Assembly: GCA_015059435.1 (NCBI GenBank)
Contig: SVAJ01000001.1
Span: 156,657-220,656 of the forward strand
DNA length: 64,000 nt
Source of the DNA: Bacillota bacterium
GTDB taxonomy: Bacteria; Bacillota_I; Bacilli_A; RF39; UBA660
Direction: 5' to 3'
Under the pieces are notes generated by a model, which was given only the letters and a program-made list of their open reading frames with translations, made no database searches and was not told the DNA's origin. The translations under genes and the position numbers were made by a program. Shown here in pieces: positions 35,250-43,721 of the stretch (positions are counted from its first letter, which is position 1; every line of letters begins with the position of its first letter).

Positions 35250-35465
35250 TTAATTACTTTCTTGTGTAGTACTGTTGTTATTATTATTTGACATATCTGG
35301 TGGTGTTTGTCCATTAGGCATACTTGGTGGTGTACCACCATTCATTTGAGTATTTTGATTAGTATTATTACAAGAACTAGAAATATTATATACATAAAAT
35401 GCTCCTGTAGATATTACTGCTCCAATTAGTACTCCAATAACAAATAGAATTAATTTTTCTTTCAT
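35250..35465 (-). CDS. Small TM protein with a Pro-rich tail (GGTPPSMPNGQTPPDM)
   Basis: 71 aa with an AAGGAGA SD, 22 nt upstream of the beta-helix gene on the same strand. Confidence 0.55.
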   Translation of the reverse strand: MKEKLILFVIGVLIGAVISTGAFYVYNISSSCNNTNQNTQMNGGTPPSMPNGQTPPDMSNNNNNSTTQESN

Positions 35466-35621
35466 ATAAATATCTCCTTTCTATTAGTATGTTATTATAT
35501 TTTTATTATACATTATTTTTCTTATATATTACCTCCTTTATTTATTATAAATGTAAATAATTGCTAGCATATTGTGAAATAGAAATATATTTTTCCTTTC
35601 ACTAAATACATAATAAATGAT

Positions 35622-35642
35622 GAAACTTAAATAAGACTGAAT
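35622..35642 (-). promoter_or_regulatory. Response-regulator box copy a (upstream of the 71-aa/beta-helix operon)
   Basis: Plus strand GAAACTTAAATAAGACTGAAT is two AACTxAAA-type half-sites 11 bp apart. On the minus strand it is followed by ATCATT-TATTAT and lies just downstream of the htrA terminator. Confidence 0.5.
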
Positions 35643-35656
35643 TTTTATAAAAATAA

Positions 35657-35678
35657 AAACTCAGATTACTCTGAGTTT
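35657..35678 (-). terminator. Terminator of the HtrA-like gene
   Basis: Stem AAACTCAG, loop of 6 nt, stem CTGAGTTT, followed on the minus strand by TTTTATTTTTAT. Confidence 0.7.
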
Positions 35679-35745
35679 GATTACTTTTTATGTTTTGTTT
35701 TTATTTATTCATATATCATCTCCTTATGTTATCATTCTAACTTAT

Positions 35746-35766
35746 TAATCTTAAATAAAACTGAAA
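35746..35766 (-). promoter_or_regulatory. Response-regulator box copy b (between the htrA stop and its terminator; function doubtful)
   Basis: Plus strand TAATCTTAAATAAAACTGAAA matches the motif in both half-sites. No gene starts downstream of it before the terminator. Confidence 0.3.
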
Positions 35767-35772
35767 ATAGTT

Positions 35773-36948
35773 TTATTTTAGAGAAATAGTTATTTCTTTT
35801 TCTTTATATGTATTTCTACTTGCATATTTTATTTTTAAAGTTACTTTATCACCTTTGTTCTTTTTATTTAGTACTTTTCTTAAAGTGTCTATGGATGTTA
35901 CTTTATTATTATCTATTTCTGTTATTATATTTCCTATTTCTAATTCTGATTTAGATGCATTACTATTAGAAGAGATTGCTGAAATATAGAATCCTTCTGG
36001 TAAGTTATAATTTGAATCAGTCATATATCCTTCTATTCCTAAACTTACTCCGCTTTCATCATTTTTTCCTTTTATTAAGTTTTTAATTATTTCTTCTACA
36101 TCCGATATTGGTATAGCAAAACCCATACCTTCAATACTAGCAGAAGAGTTTGTTGAGTTAGATGAATACTTTACTGAATTTATTCCTACTACTTCCCCTT
36201 TACTATTTAATAGAGCTCCACCACTATTACCACCATTAATAGCAGCATCTATTTGAATCATATCTTGAACATATTCATCTGTTGAAACTTCTCTATTTAG
36301 AGCACTAACTACTCCTGTTGTTACTGATTGACCATAACCTAGGGCATTACCAATAGCAATAATTCCATTACCAACTTTTAAATCATTACTATTTCCTAAA
36401 GTAGCTATTTTTATTTGTTTTAAAGTATCACTTTCAATACTCTTTTTACTTACTGATACTACAGCTATATCTTTTCTTTCTGAAATGCCTTTTACTTTAG
36501 CATCATAACTTTTATCATCAATAAACTTTACTGATAATTCAGTGGAATCTTCTACCACGTGATAATTAGTTAAGATAAATATTTCATCATCATTTTCAGA
36601 TATTATCACTCCTGATCCTGCTCCTTCAGTAGTATAACTCTCATTATAAAAACTTGGTCCAAATCTTCCTGAAGAAATGACTGTTTTACTTGTTATTGAT
36701 ACGATTGATGGCATTACTTCATCTACAACTTCTGATACATCCGTTATATAAACACCATCTGATTTTACTGTTGTTTCTTTTGTATGTTTTAAAACTACAT
36801 TTTCTTTGTTGTCTGATAATATATTTATTTTACCAGATTGTAATAACCAAATTGTACTACCACTAATGATAGATAGTAACACAGTACAAGTTATTGTGAT
36901 AATTATTATTTTTTTATCACTTATTTTATTTTTGTGTTCTTTTTTCAT
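35773..36948 (-). CDS. HtrA/DegP-family serine protease with an N-terminal TM anchor and a C-terminal PDZ domain
   Basis: Catalytic triad context (TNYHVV, DIAVV, GNSGGAL) and a PDZ-like tail (GDKVTLKIK). Confidence 0.88.
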   Translation of the reverse strand: MKKEHKNKISDKKIIIITITCTVLLSIISGSTIWLLQSGKINILSDNKENVVLKHTKETTVKSDGVYITDVSEVVDEVMPSIVSITSKTVISSGRFGPSFYNESYTTEGAGSGVIISENDDEIFILTNYHVVEDSTELSVKFIDDKSYDAKVKGISERKDIAVVSVSKKSIESDTLKQIKIATLGNSNDLKVGNGIIAIGNALGYGQSVTTGVVSALNREVSTDEYVQDMIQIDAAINGGNSGGALLNSKGEVVGINSVKYSSNSTNSSASIEGMGFAIPISDVEEIIKNLIKGKNDESGVSLGIEGYMTDSNYNLPEGFYISAISSNSNASKSELEIGNIITEIDNNKVTSIDTLRKVLNKKNKGDKVTLKIKYASRNTYKEKEITISLK

Positions 36949-36979
36949 ATTCTCATCTCCTAGTATTAATTTAATATGT

Positions 36980-37000
36980 GAAACTTAAATATAACTGAAA
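36980..37000 (-). promoter_or_regulatory. Response-regulator box copy c (upstream of htrA)
   Basis: Plus strand GAAACTTAAATATAACTGAAA. On the minus strand it is followed by ACA-TATTAA and then the htrA SD. It abuts the ABC ATPase terminator. Confidence 0.5.
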
Positions 37001-37025
37001 AATAGTAGATATTTTATCTACTATT
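36996..37025 (-). terminator. Terminator of the ABC exporter operon
   Basis: Minus strand: stem AATAGTAGAT, loop AAAAT, stem ATCTACTATT, followed by TTTTCAG. Confidence 0.65.
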
Positions 37026-37062
37026 TTGTAAGGAGTATTTTATATATTATATTATATTATGA

Positions 37063-37755
37063 TTATTTTACTTTCTTTAGATCATATACTTGATCTACCA
37101 TATTACATACATTAGGAGAATGAGTAACTATAATTACACATTTTCCATCTTCATGAGCTAGTTTTTTAAATATTTCTAATATTTCTTTTTCTGTTTGTTT
37201 GTCTAAGTTTCCAGTTGGTTCATCAGCAACTATCATTTTAGGATTATATGAAAGACTTCTTGCAATTGCAACACGCTGTTGTTCTCCTCCTGAAATTCTT
37301 AATACTTTACGATTGGCATACTTTTCTTTTAATCCTACACTTTTCATAAGCTTTAATGCTTCTTCTTTTTTATTAGGTATTTTTACTCCACTAGCATCCA
37401 TTGATAAAATTATATTTTCACTGGCAGTCATAAATGGAAGTAAATTGTAGCTTTGAAAAACAATTCCTATTTCATGACTACGATAATAATCTAGATTTAT
37501 ATCTTTTAAGTCTTTTCCATCAAATATAATTTTTCCTTCAGTACATCTTTCTAAACCACTTATTAAAGATAATAATGTAGTTTTTCCTGTACCACTTCTT
37601 CCACGTATTGCATATATTTTTCCTTTTTCAAAATCATAGTTAACATCTTTTAATGCGTACTCATCTTCTTCAGCATCACTATATCTATAACTAGCATTTT
37701 GAATAGAAAGTATTATATTTTTATTTTTTATCTCTTTATTATTTATTTTTTTCAT
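37063..37755 (-). CDS. ABC transporter ATP-binding protein (MacB/FtsE-LolD type)
   Basis: Walker A GRSGTGKTT, signature ISGGEQQRVAIARS, Walker B IVADEPTGNLD. Confidence 0.9.
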   Translation of the reverse strand: MKKINNKEIKNKNIILSIQNASYRYSDAEEDEYALKDVNYDFEKGKIYAIRGRSGTGKTTLLSLISGLERCTEGKIIFDGKDLKDINLDYYRSHEIGIVFQSYNLLPFMTASENIILSMDASGVKIPNKKEEALKLMKSVGLKEKYANRKVLRISGGEQQRVAIARSLSYNPKMIVADEPTGNLDKQTEKEILEIFKKLAHEDGKCVIIVTHSPNVCNMVDQVYDLKKVK

Positions 37756-37756
37756 A

Positions 37757-39226
37757 TTACGACCTCTCTTTCAATATAGTAAGTGGTGTAAATCTTTGAA
37801 TACTAATCATAGATGATAGACTACTAACTACAATTAATGTTAATCCAACACCTAACAATTCTACCAAAACAATTGGGCTTACTACAGCATTTATTGAATC
37901 ATATGCTTGTACGTTTGGAGTACCTTTGTTCTTAAAGTTCATTGAAGGCTCTCCTTGTTTAGAGTCGAAATTACCACTAGGTCCACCAAAATTATTTTTT
38001 AACTCTTCTTGTTCTTTCTCGGAACTTTTTATTTCACTTGATAGTAGCGAATTACTTACACCTTTTGACATCGTAGCTCCTACTCCAGCTCCAAGCATTA
38101 AGGCTACAAAACCTACTATTAATAGTTCAGCAACAAATTGCATAGTTAATTTAATTTTACTTATACCAATAGTTCTTAAAACACCAATTTCATATTTTCT
38201 TTCACGAATATTAATCATATTAATTACAAATAGAACAATACCACCTATTACTAATGTAATAATTAAGAAAGTATTAGCAAATGATTTAACATTTTTAATT
38301 GAGGTTAATCCTGCTGTTGCTTGTTCTTCATTTGTTTCTACTGTATAATTCTCATCTAATCCTTTTTTATGAAATTCTTTTTCTATTTTATCTGCATTTT
38401 TATAATCATCAATTATAAATGTTGGTTTAATAGAACTTTTAATATTTGTATTTTCTTTTGTTATATTAACAAGACTATTAGAGTTTGTAATAAGTGTATT
38501 TGCTGAGTTAGAAAACATACTCATAGGTCCTGATGATTCTTCTTCATTTTCTTTATAAATACCTATTATTTCAAATTCATATGTTCTTTCATTGTCATCT
38601 ACAAGTGTAATCTTGTCATGAAGTTTTAGATTATTGTATGATGCTAGTTCTTCATTAATAAATACATAGTTTCCATCAAAAGCAATATCCCAAGCATTAT
38701 CAGCAATTTCTTTCATTTCATATTTACCTTCTATGAATTCACTCATTGCATCAACTGAACTATATCCATTTAATGTAAAATCATACGATGATTCTTCATT
38801 CTCTTTTCCTGGAAAATTTGGTCTATCTCCTTTCTCATTATTAGAATCACTTTCAGCTTTTTCAATTGATTTTCCATTTAATGAAATATTATACGTATAG
38901 TAATAACTTTTTATATGACTACTTTTAGCAAAATTTTCTACATCACTTATTGTGTATGAACTAATACTACTAATTTTTTCTTTCATAGACTCTCTATTAT
39001 CTTTATTACTAAAGTCCATATCTTTCATCATGTTCTTTCTATCAAATGAAATTGTAAGTTCTTTATCATATGCACTTTGATAGGAATTAATTAGATCACT
39101 GGCTGTATTATTAATTGCTAAAGTTATGGTTGAAGCACAAGCAATAACTAAAATAATAGCACCAATCAAAATATTTCTACCTTTATTTCTTGTTATTGAA
39201 ATAAGAGCATTTTTAAATATAAACAT
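37757..39226 (-). CDS. ABC transporter permease, single FtsX domain with a large extracytoplasmic loop (MacB-type)
   Basis: TM1, then an ~300-aa loop, then three C-terminal TM helices (FtsX-like RERKYEIGVLRTIG). It is adjacent to the ATPase with a 1-nt gap. Confidence 0.85.
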   Translation of the reverse strand: MFIFKNALISITRNKGRNILIGAIILVIACASTITLAINNTASDLINSYQSAYDKELTISFDRKNMMKDMDFSNKDNRESMKEKISSISSYTISDVENFAKSSHIKSYYYTYNISLNGKSIEKAESDSNNEKGDRPNFPGKENEESSYDFTLNGYSSVDAMSEFIEGKYEMKEIADNAWDIAFDGNYVFINEELASYNNLKLHDKITLVDDNERTYEFEIIGIYKENEEESSGPMSMFSNSANTLITNSNSLVNITKENTNIKSSIKPTFIIDDYKNADKIEKEFHKKGLDENYTVETNEEQATAGLTSIKNVKSFANTFLIITLVIGGIVLFVINMINIRERKYEIGVLRTIGISKIKLTMQFVAELLIVGFVALMLGAGVGATMSKGVSNSLLSSEIKSSEKEQEELKNNFGGPSGNFDSKQGEPSMNFKNKGTPNVQAYDSINAVVSPIVLVELLGVGLTLIVVSSLSSMISIQRFTPLTILKERS

Positions 39227-39271
39227 TTATTTTTCTCCTTTCTTTTTGTTTACAATAGGAGTTTAACAACT

Positions 39272-39292
39272 ATAACTGAAATAAAACTGAAA
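39272..39292 (-). promoter_or_regulatory. Response-regulator box copy d (upstream of the ABC exporter operon)
   Basis: Plus strand ATAACTGAAATAAAACTGAAA. On the minus strand this is TTTCAGTTTTA-TTTCAGTTAT, an exact 8-nt half-site repeated at 11 bp. It lies between the HK terminator and the permease SD. Confidence 0.5.
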
Positions 39293-39322
39293 ATAAAAAG
39301 AATCAAAATTTATTTTTGATTC
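39291..39322 (-). terminator. Terminator of the RR-HK operon (stop codon in the loop)
   Basis: Minus strand: stem GAATCAAAA, loop ATAAA, stem TTTTGATTC, followed by TTTTTATTT. Confidence 0.6.
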
Positions 39323-40527
39323 CATGTTACTTTAAATGTAGTATATCCATCATTAGAATATGCTTTTATTTCTCCATTATGTCTTTCTACAATATTCTTA
39401 GCAATAGCAAGTCCTAATCCATAATTATTAGAATTTCTATTTCTTGATGTGTCTACTTTATAAAATCTTTCAAATATTTTTTCTTCATCTTCTTTTTTGA
39501 TAGGTAAACCTTTATTTTTAACTTCTAGAATTATTTGTTTATTCTTTTGATATAGATTAACAAATACTTTTCCTTTTTCTTCACAATGCTTAATAGCATT
39601 ATCAGTTAAAATACTTATTAATTCTATTATTAAATTTTCATTACATATCATTTTAATATCTGGAGTTATATCATATTTTAATTTAATTTTATTATCATAA
39701 AATAGACTTTCAAAAGTTAAAATAGAACTTTCTATAATATCAGATATATTCTTTTCTTCCATAATTATTTCTTGTTCTTGTTCAGTTTTAGCTAGATCTA
39801 ATAATTCTGTTACTAATTTAGTCATTCTTTCTGCTTCATTTTTTATGTTTTTTACCCATTTATCATTTTTATCATTAAAGTAAGCATCGCTACTTGCAAT
39901 CATAACAGATAATGGAGTCTTTAATTCATGAGATGCATCTGCTACAAAAGTTTTTTGTTTTTCGAAAGAATTTTTTACTGGTGTAATTATCCAGTTAGTT
40001 ATTAAATTTGTAATTATAAGTATTATTATTTCACAAATTATAAATAATAATATAGTTGATATTAAATTACTTACTAAAATACTATTTAATTCAGTATTAT
40101 CAATAATAATAAGAGTATTGTATGAAGTAAAACTATATGAATATTTATCGGTGTATAAATTACCAATATAAAATTTTTCTTTATGATTATTAATTATTTT
40201 ATTTGCAATACTTTTTACATATTCTTCATTAAAATTATCATTATTAGTATGATTAATTACTCCCTCATAATTACCATTATCATCTAATAATACCGTATAT
40301 ATTTTTGAATCTAAAAATATTCTTCTTGAATCATCATTTTGTTCAGGCCTTGAAGGAATATGCCTAGATATATCTTCAAATGTTCTAGGTATTTTTGTAA
40401 GTCTTTCTGAAATAGAATTTCTTCTTTCAATATATGTTCTGGTAATTGAAGTGGTAAAGATAATAAAAGTAAATACTGTTAATAGTGAAAATATTACCCA
40501 AAAAACTTTATTCTTTAGTTTTTTCAT
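39310..40527 (-). CDS. Sensor histidine kinase (two TM helices, ~130-aa extracytoplasmic loop, HisKA + HATPase_c)
   Basis: H-box FVADASHELKTPL, N-box LTDNAIKH, G-boxes NNYGLGLAIAK. It overlaps the RR gene by 20 nt. Confidence 0.9.
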   Translation of the reverse strand: MKKLKNKVFWVIFSLLTVFTFIIFTTSITRTYIERRNSISERLTKIPRTFEDISRHIPSRPEQNDDSRRIFLDSKIYTVLLDDNGNYEGVINHTNNDNFNEEYVKSIANKIINNHKEKFYIGNLYTDKYSYSFTSYNTLIIIDNTELNSILVSNLISTILLFIICEIIILIITNLITNWIITPVKNSFEKQKTFVADASHELKTPLSVMIASSDAYFNDKNDKWVKNIKNEAERMTKLVTELLDLAKTEQEQEIIMEEKNISDIIESSILTFESLFYDNKIKLKYDITPDIKMICNENLIIELISILTDNAIKHCEEKGKVFVNLYQKNKQIILEVKNKGLPIKKEDEEKIFERFYKVDTSRNRNSNNYGLGLAIAKNIVERHNGEIKAYSNDGYTTFKVTWNQK

Positions 40528-41203
40528 CTTCTACCTCCAATATATATCCCATATTACGAATTGCTTTTAATTTGATGTTTGATTTAACTAGTTTTAATTT
40601 TTTTCTAATAAATGAAATATATGCTTCTAATGTATTTATATCACATTCACTGTCATATCCCCAAATTTTAATAAATAGTTGCTCTTTTTCCATAATTTGA
40701 TTTGCATTATTCATTAATAATTCTAAAAGATGAAATTCTTTTCCTATTATTTTTACTTTATGATTTTCATTTTTATTTGATAGTTCCATGCTTTTTATAT
40801 TAAGAGTAATATCACCTAACTCCATAATATCATTAGAGATATTTTTGTTTTTTCTTAGTTGAACATTTACTCTGGCAATTAATTCTTCCATATGAAACGG
40901 TTTAGTTAAATAGTCATCAGCTCCACTATTGAATCCTATCATTTTATCATCTATAGTATTTTTAGCTGTTAACATTAAAATTTTTGACTTAATGTTTTCC
41001 TCTTTTAGTTCTTTTAAAATTTCAAAACCATTTTTATGAGGTAACATTACATCTAATATTATTAGATCATAAATATCTGTTAATGCCTCATTTAATCCAG
41101 TTAGTCCATCTGTTTTAATTTCAACACTATACTTTTTTGATTTTAACATACTAGCAATAGCATCAGCTAAATTATATTCATCTTCTATTATTAATATTTT
41201 CAT
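40508..41203 (-). CDS. OmpR/PhoB-family response regulator
   Basis: Receiver domain (ILIIEDE...DLIILDVMLP...LTAK) and a winged-helix output domain (LEAYISFIRKKL). Start at MKILII with an AGGTGGTGA SD. Confidence 0.9.
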   Translation of the reverse strand: MKILIIEDEYNLADAIASMLKSKKYSVEIKTDGLTGLNEALTDIYDLIILDVMLPHKNGFEILKELKEENIKSKILMLTAKNTIDDKMIGFNSGADDYLTKPFHMEELIARVNVQLRKNKNISNDIMELGDITLNIKSMELSNKNENHKVKIIGKEFHLLELLMNNANQIMEKEQLFIKIWGYDSECDINTLEAYISFIRKKLKLVKSNIKLKAIRNMGYILEVEDEKTKE

Positions 41204-41234
41204 ACATTTCACCACCTAATTAATTATAGAGTTT

Positions 41235-41255
41235 GAAACTTAAGTAAAACTGAAA
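41235..41255 (-). promoter_or_regulatory. Response-regulator box copy e (autoregulatory, upstream of RR-HK)
   Basis: Plus strand GAAACTTAAGTAAAACTGAAA. On the minus strand it is followed by AAACTC and a perfect -10 TATAAT (41228-41223). No good -35 is present, as expected for an activator-dependent promoter. Confidence 0.55.
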
Positions 41256-41262
41256 TAATATA

Positions 41263-42657
41263 TTAATTAAAATTCTTCCAAGTTTTTAACATATCTTCAT
41301 CTTTTTCATATATTCCTAGAATAGTATTATTATATTTAAAGATTACTTTATCTTCTATGTTGTATGTGTTTTTTATTTTTACTCCATTAGATATTTTTTT
41401 ATATAAGTTATCTTCTATTTCTACTATAGGATAGTCTAGAGCATTGTCTATAGAGTATAGTTTATAATTATTATTTTTTATATCATCTAAAGTATTAGAG
41501 TTTTCTAATGTAAATTTACCTAGTTTAGTTCTAGTTAATTTAGTCATAGTTGCGTATGTATTTAGACTTTCTCCTATATCATTAATTAAACTTCTTATAT
41601 AACAACCTTTAGATACAAGGGACTTAAACATAAATTCATTTTTATCTTTACTTAATAGTTCTATTTCTTTAATAGTTACTTCTTTTTTAGGTAGTTCTAC
41701 GGATTCATTATTTCTAGCATATTCATATAGTTTTTTACCATTTACTTTTACTGCAGAATAGATTGGGACTTCTTGAAGATATGTTTTTTTATAACTAGAG
41801 ATTGTTTTTTCTAAGTCTAAGTTATCTGGTACTTCTTTAGAATCTATTACTTTACCTTCTATATCATAAGTATCTGTTTTTATACCTAGTTGTACTCCTG
41901 CAATATATTCTTTATATTTAGCTGTTAAAAGTTCTGCTATTTTTGTAGCTTTACCTATAGTTACAACTAATACTCCTTCTGCTAGAGGATCTAATGTTCC
42001 TGTGTGTCCTACTCTTTTAATTCCAAAGATATGACTAATATCATTTACTACATCAAAGGATGTTACTCCTTTTTTCTTATTTATTACTAATACTCCACTA
42101 AATTTAGTTAAGTATTCCTCTAATGTCCAATTATTTTCATATATAATTTTGGCAACTACTTTCCCAACATATCTAATATGCCATGGTTCATAACTATATC
42201 CAGTAATATCTTCTTTGCCTTCTTGATATCTTAAGATAAAACCAAATTTATGGAAATACTTTTCTATTTGTTGATATGGTTTAATATTTTTTAATACTTT
42301 TTTATCTTCTACTATGAATTTACCATTTTCTTTAATTCTAATATCTAGAGCAAGGCCTGTATGATGTTCACTTGCGCGTATAGGCGCAACATATTTCTTT
42401 TCAAAGTCTTCTCCATACTTTTTAGTATACTCATTAATTATTTCTTGTTGATCTTGTAGTGTTCTATATGCACTTGATATACCTATTTCAATATTTTCTT
42501 CTTCTAAGAACTTTTTTAATTCTAAGTATGATTCTAGTGTTTGTTTTTCAACTAGTATTTTATTATCTAATATATCAAAGTATTCTACTAGATCTATTTT
42601 ATCTAAATATTTATCTTTAACTAAGTTATCTTTGTTTACTAATACTTTATAGTTCAT
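41263..42657 (-). CDS. truB: Fusion protein: N-terminal VanY-type (M15B) D-Ala-D-Ala carboxypeptidase domain + tRNA pseudouridine-55 synthase TruB
   Basis: Residues ~55-180 carry SSAYRTLQDQQ, SEHHTGLALDI and EPWHIRYVG (the VanY zinc-peptidase signature). From ~190 come GVLVINKKKGVTSFDVV and GHTGTLDPLAEGVLVV (TruB catalytic Asp motif). It is a single uninterrupted 464-aa ORF with no signal peptide. Confidence 0.8.
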   Translation of the reverse strand: MNYKVLVNKDNLVKDKYLDKIDLVEYFDILDNKILVEKQTLESYLELKKFLEEENIEIGISSAYRTLQDQQEIINEYTKKYGEDFEKKYVAPIRASEHHTGLALDIRIKENGKFIVEDKKVLKNIKPYQQIEKYFHKFGFILRYQEGKEDITGYSYEPWHIRYVGKVVAKIIYENNWTLEEYLTKFSGVLVINKKKGVTSFDVVNDISHIFGIKRVGHTGTLDPLAEGVLVVTIGKATKIAELLTAKYKEYIAGVQLGIKTDTYDIEGKVIDSKEVPDNLDLEKTISSYKKTYLQEVPIYSAVKVNGKKLYEYARNNESVELPKKEVTIKEIELLSKDKNEFMFKSLVSKGCYIRSLINDIGESLNTYATMTKLTRTKLGKFTLENSNTLDDIKNNNYKLYSIDNALDYPIVEIEDNLYKKISNGVKIKNTYNIEDKVIFKYNNTILGIYEKDEDMLKTWKNFN

Positions 42658-42691
42658 GTAATCACCTGTATAAATTATATCATAATAATTA

Positions 42692-42726
42692 AAAAATTCT
42701 ACTAACTTATATTTTAGTAGAATTTA
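42692..42726 (-). terminator. Terminator of ldh
   Basis: Minus strand stem AATTCTACTAA pairs with TTAGTAGAATT (11 bp), followed by TTTTTAATT. Confidence 0.75.
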
Positions 42727-42730
42727 TTTT

Positions 42731-43645
42731 TTATAAATCAACACTATTAATAGCTTCTTTTAATATATCTATTGAGTTTTGTAGTTTTTGTTCTTCTTCA
42801 GTAGTTAAGTTAAAATGTATTTTTCTATCTATTCCATTTTTATTTAATACTGCAGGTAATCCTACATATACATCATTATCTTTATCATAATTAGATACAA
42901 CTATTACAGTGTGTTCATCTCCAAGAATTGCATTAGTTATTTTTACTAGACACATTCCAATACCATAGTAAGTGGCACCTTTTTTATTAATGATTTCATA
43001 AGCAGCATTTTTTACTTCTTCTCCGATTTTGTTTTTATCTTCATCTGTTATAAAGTCATTTATATTTTGAAGTCCTACATTTACATTACTCCATGGAATA
43101 AATTCAGAGTCTCCATGTTCTCCTATTACATAACCATGAACACTATTAGCAGCAATATCTAATTTTTCTCCTATTAAGTATCTAAGTCTTGCACTATCTA
43201 GGCATGTTCCACTACCTATTACTCTATGATGTGGAAAGTTAGAATATTTTTGTGTTATATATGTCATTACATCTACTGGATTAGTTGCAACTAAGAATAT
43301 TCCATCAAATCCACTTTCTATTACATTATCTATAATCCCTTTAAATATTTTACTGTTTTTATTTAATAAATCTAATCTAGTTTCTCCTTCTTTTTGATTA
43401 GCACCAGCCGCAATCATTACGATTGATGCGTCTTTACAATCATTGTAGTTTCCTGATTTTATTTTCATGTTTGATGGAGAAAATGCTAGACAGTGATTTA
43501 AGTCCATTGCTTCTCCAATAGTTCTTTCTTCATTTAAATCTATTAATACTAATTCATTTACATATGTTTTTTGATTTAGTAATGCATACGCATATGACAT
43601 TCCTACATTACCACAACCAATTATTACTACTTTTTTATTTTTCAT
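42731..43645 (-). CDS. ldh: L-lactate dehydrogenase
   Basis: VVIIGCGNVGMSYAY, catalytic-loop GANQKEGETRLDL, GEHGDSE. Confidence 0.9.
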   Translation of the reverse strand: MKNKKVVIIGCGNVGMSYAYALLNQKTYVNELVLIDLNEERTIGEAMDLNHCLAFSPSNMKIKSGNYNDCKDASIVMIAAGANQKEGETRLDLLNKNSKIFKGIIDNVIESGFDGIFLVATNPVDVMTYITQKYSNFPHHRVIGSGTCLDSARLRYLIGEKLDIAANSVHGYVIGEHGDSEFIPWSNVNVGLQNINDFITDEDKNKIGEEVKNAAYEIINKKGATYYGIGMCLVKITNAILGDEHTVIVVSNYDKDNDVYVGLPAVLNKNGIDRKIHFNLTTEEEQKLQNSIDILKEAINSVDL

Positions 43646-43679
43646 ATATATTCTCCTTTATTCTTAATAATTATAACAA

Positions 43680-43715
43680 TAAAAAAAGTAATAAACAATT
43701 TATTTGTCTATTACT
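43680..43715 (-). terminator. Terminator of polC
   Basis: Minus strand stem AGTAATAGACA pairs with TGTTTATTACT (one mismatch), followed by TTTTTTTATTG. Confidence 0.65.
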
Positions 43716-43721
43716 TTACAG

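Noticed and set aside
35746-35766. Treating the fifth response-regulator box copy as a functional promoter element
   Set aside because: It lies between the htrA stop codon and the htrA terminator, and no gene starts downstream of it. It is more likely a duplicated remnant. I keep it in the feature list at low confidence only because the sequence match is good.
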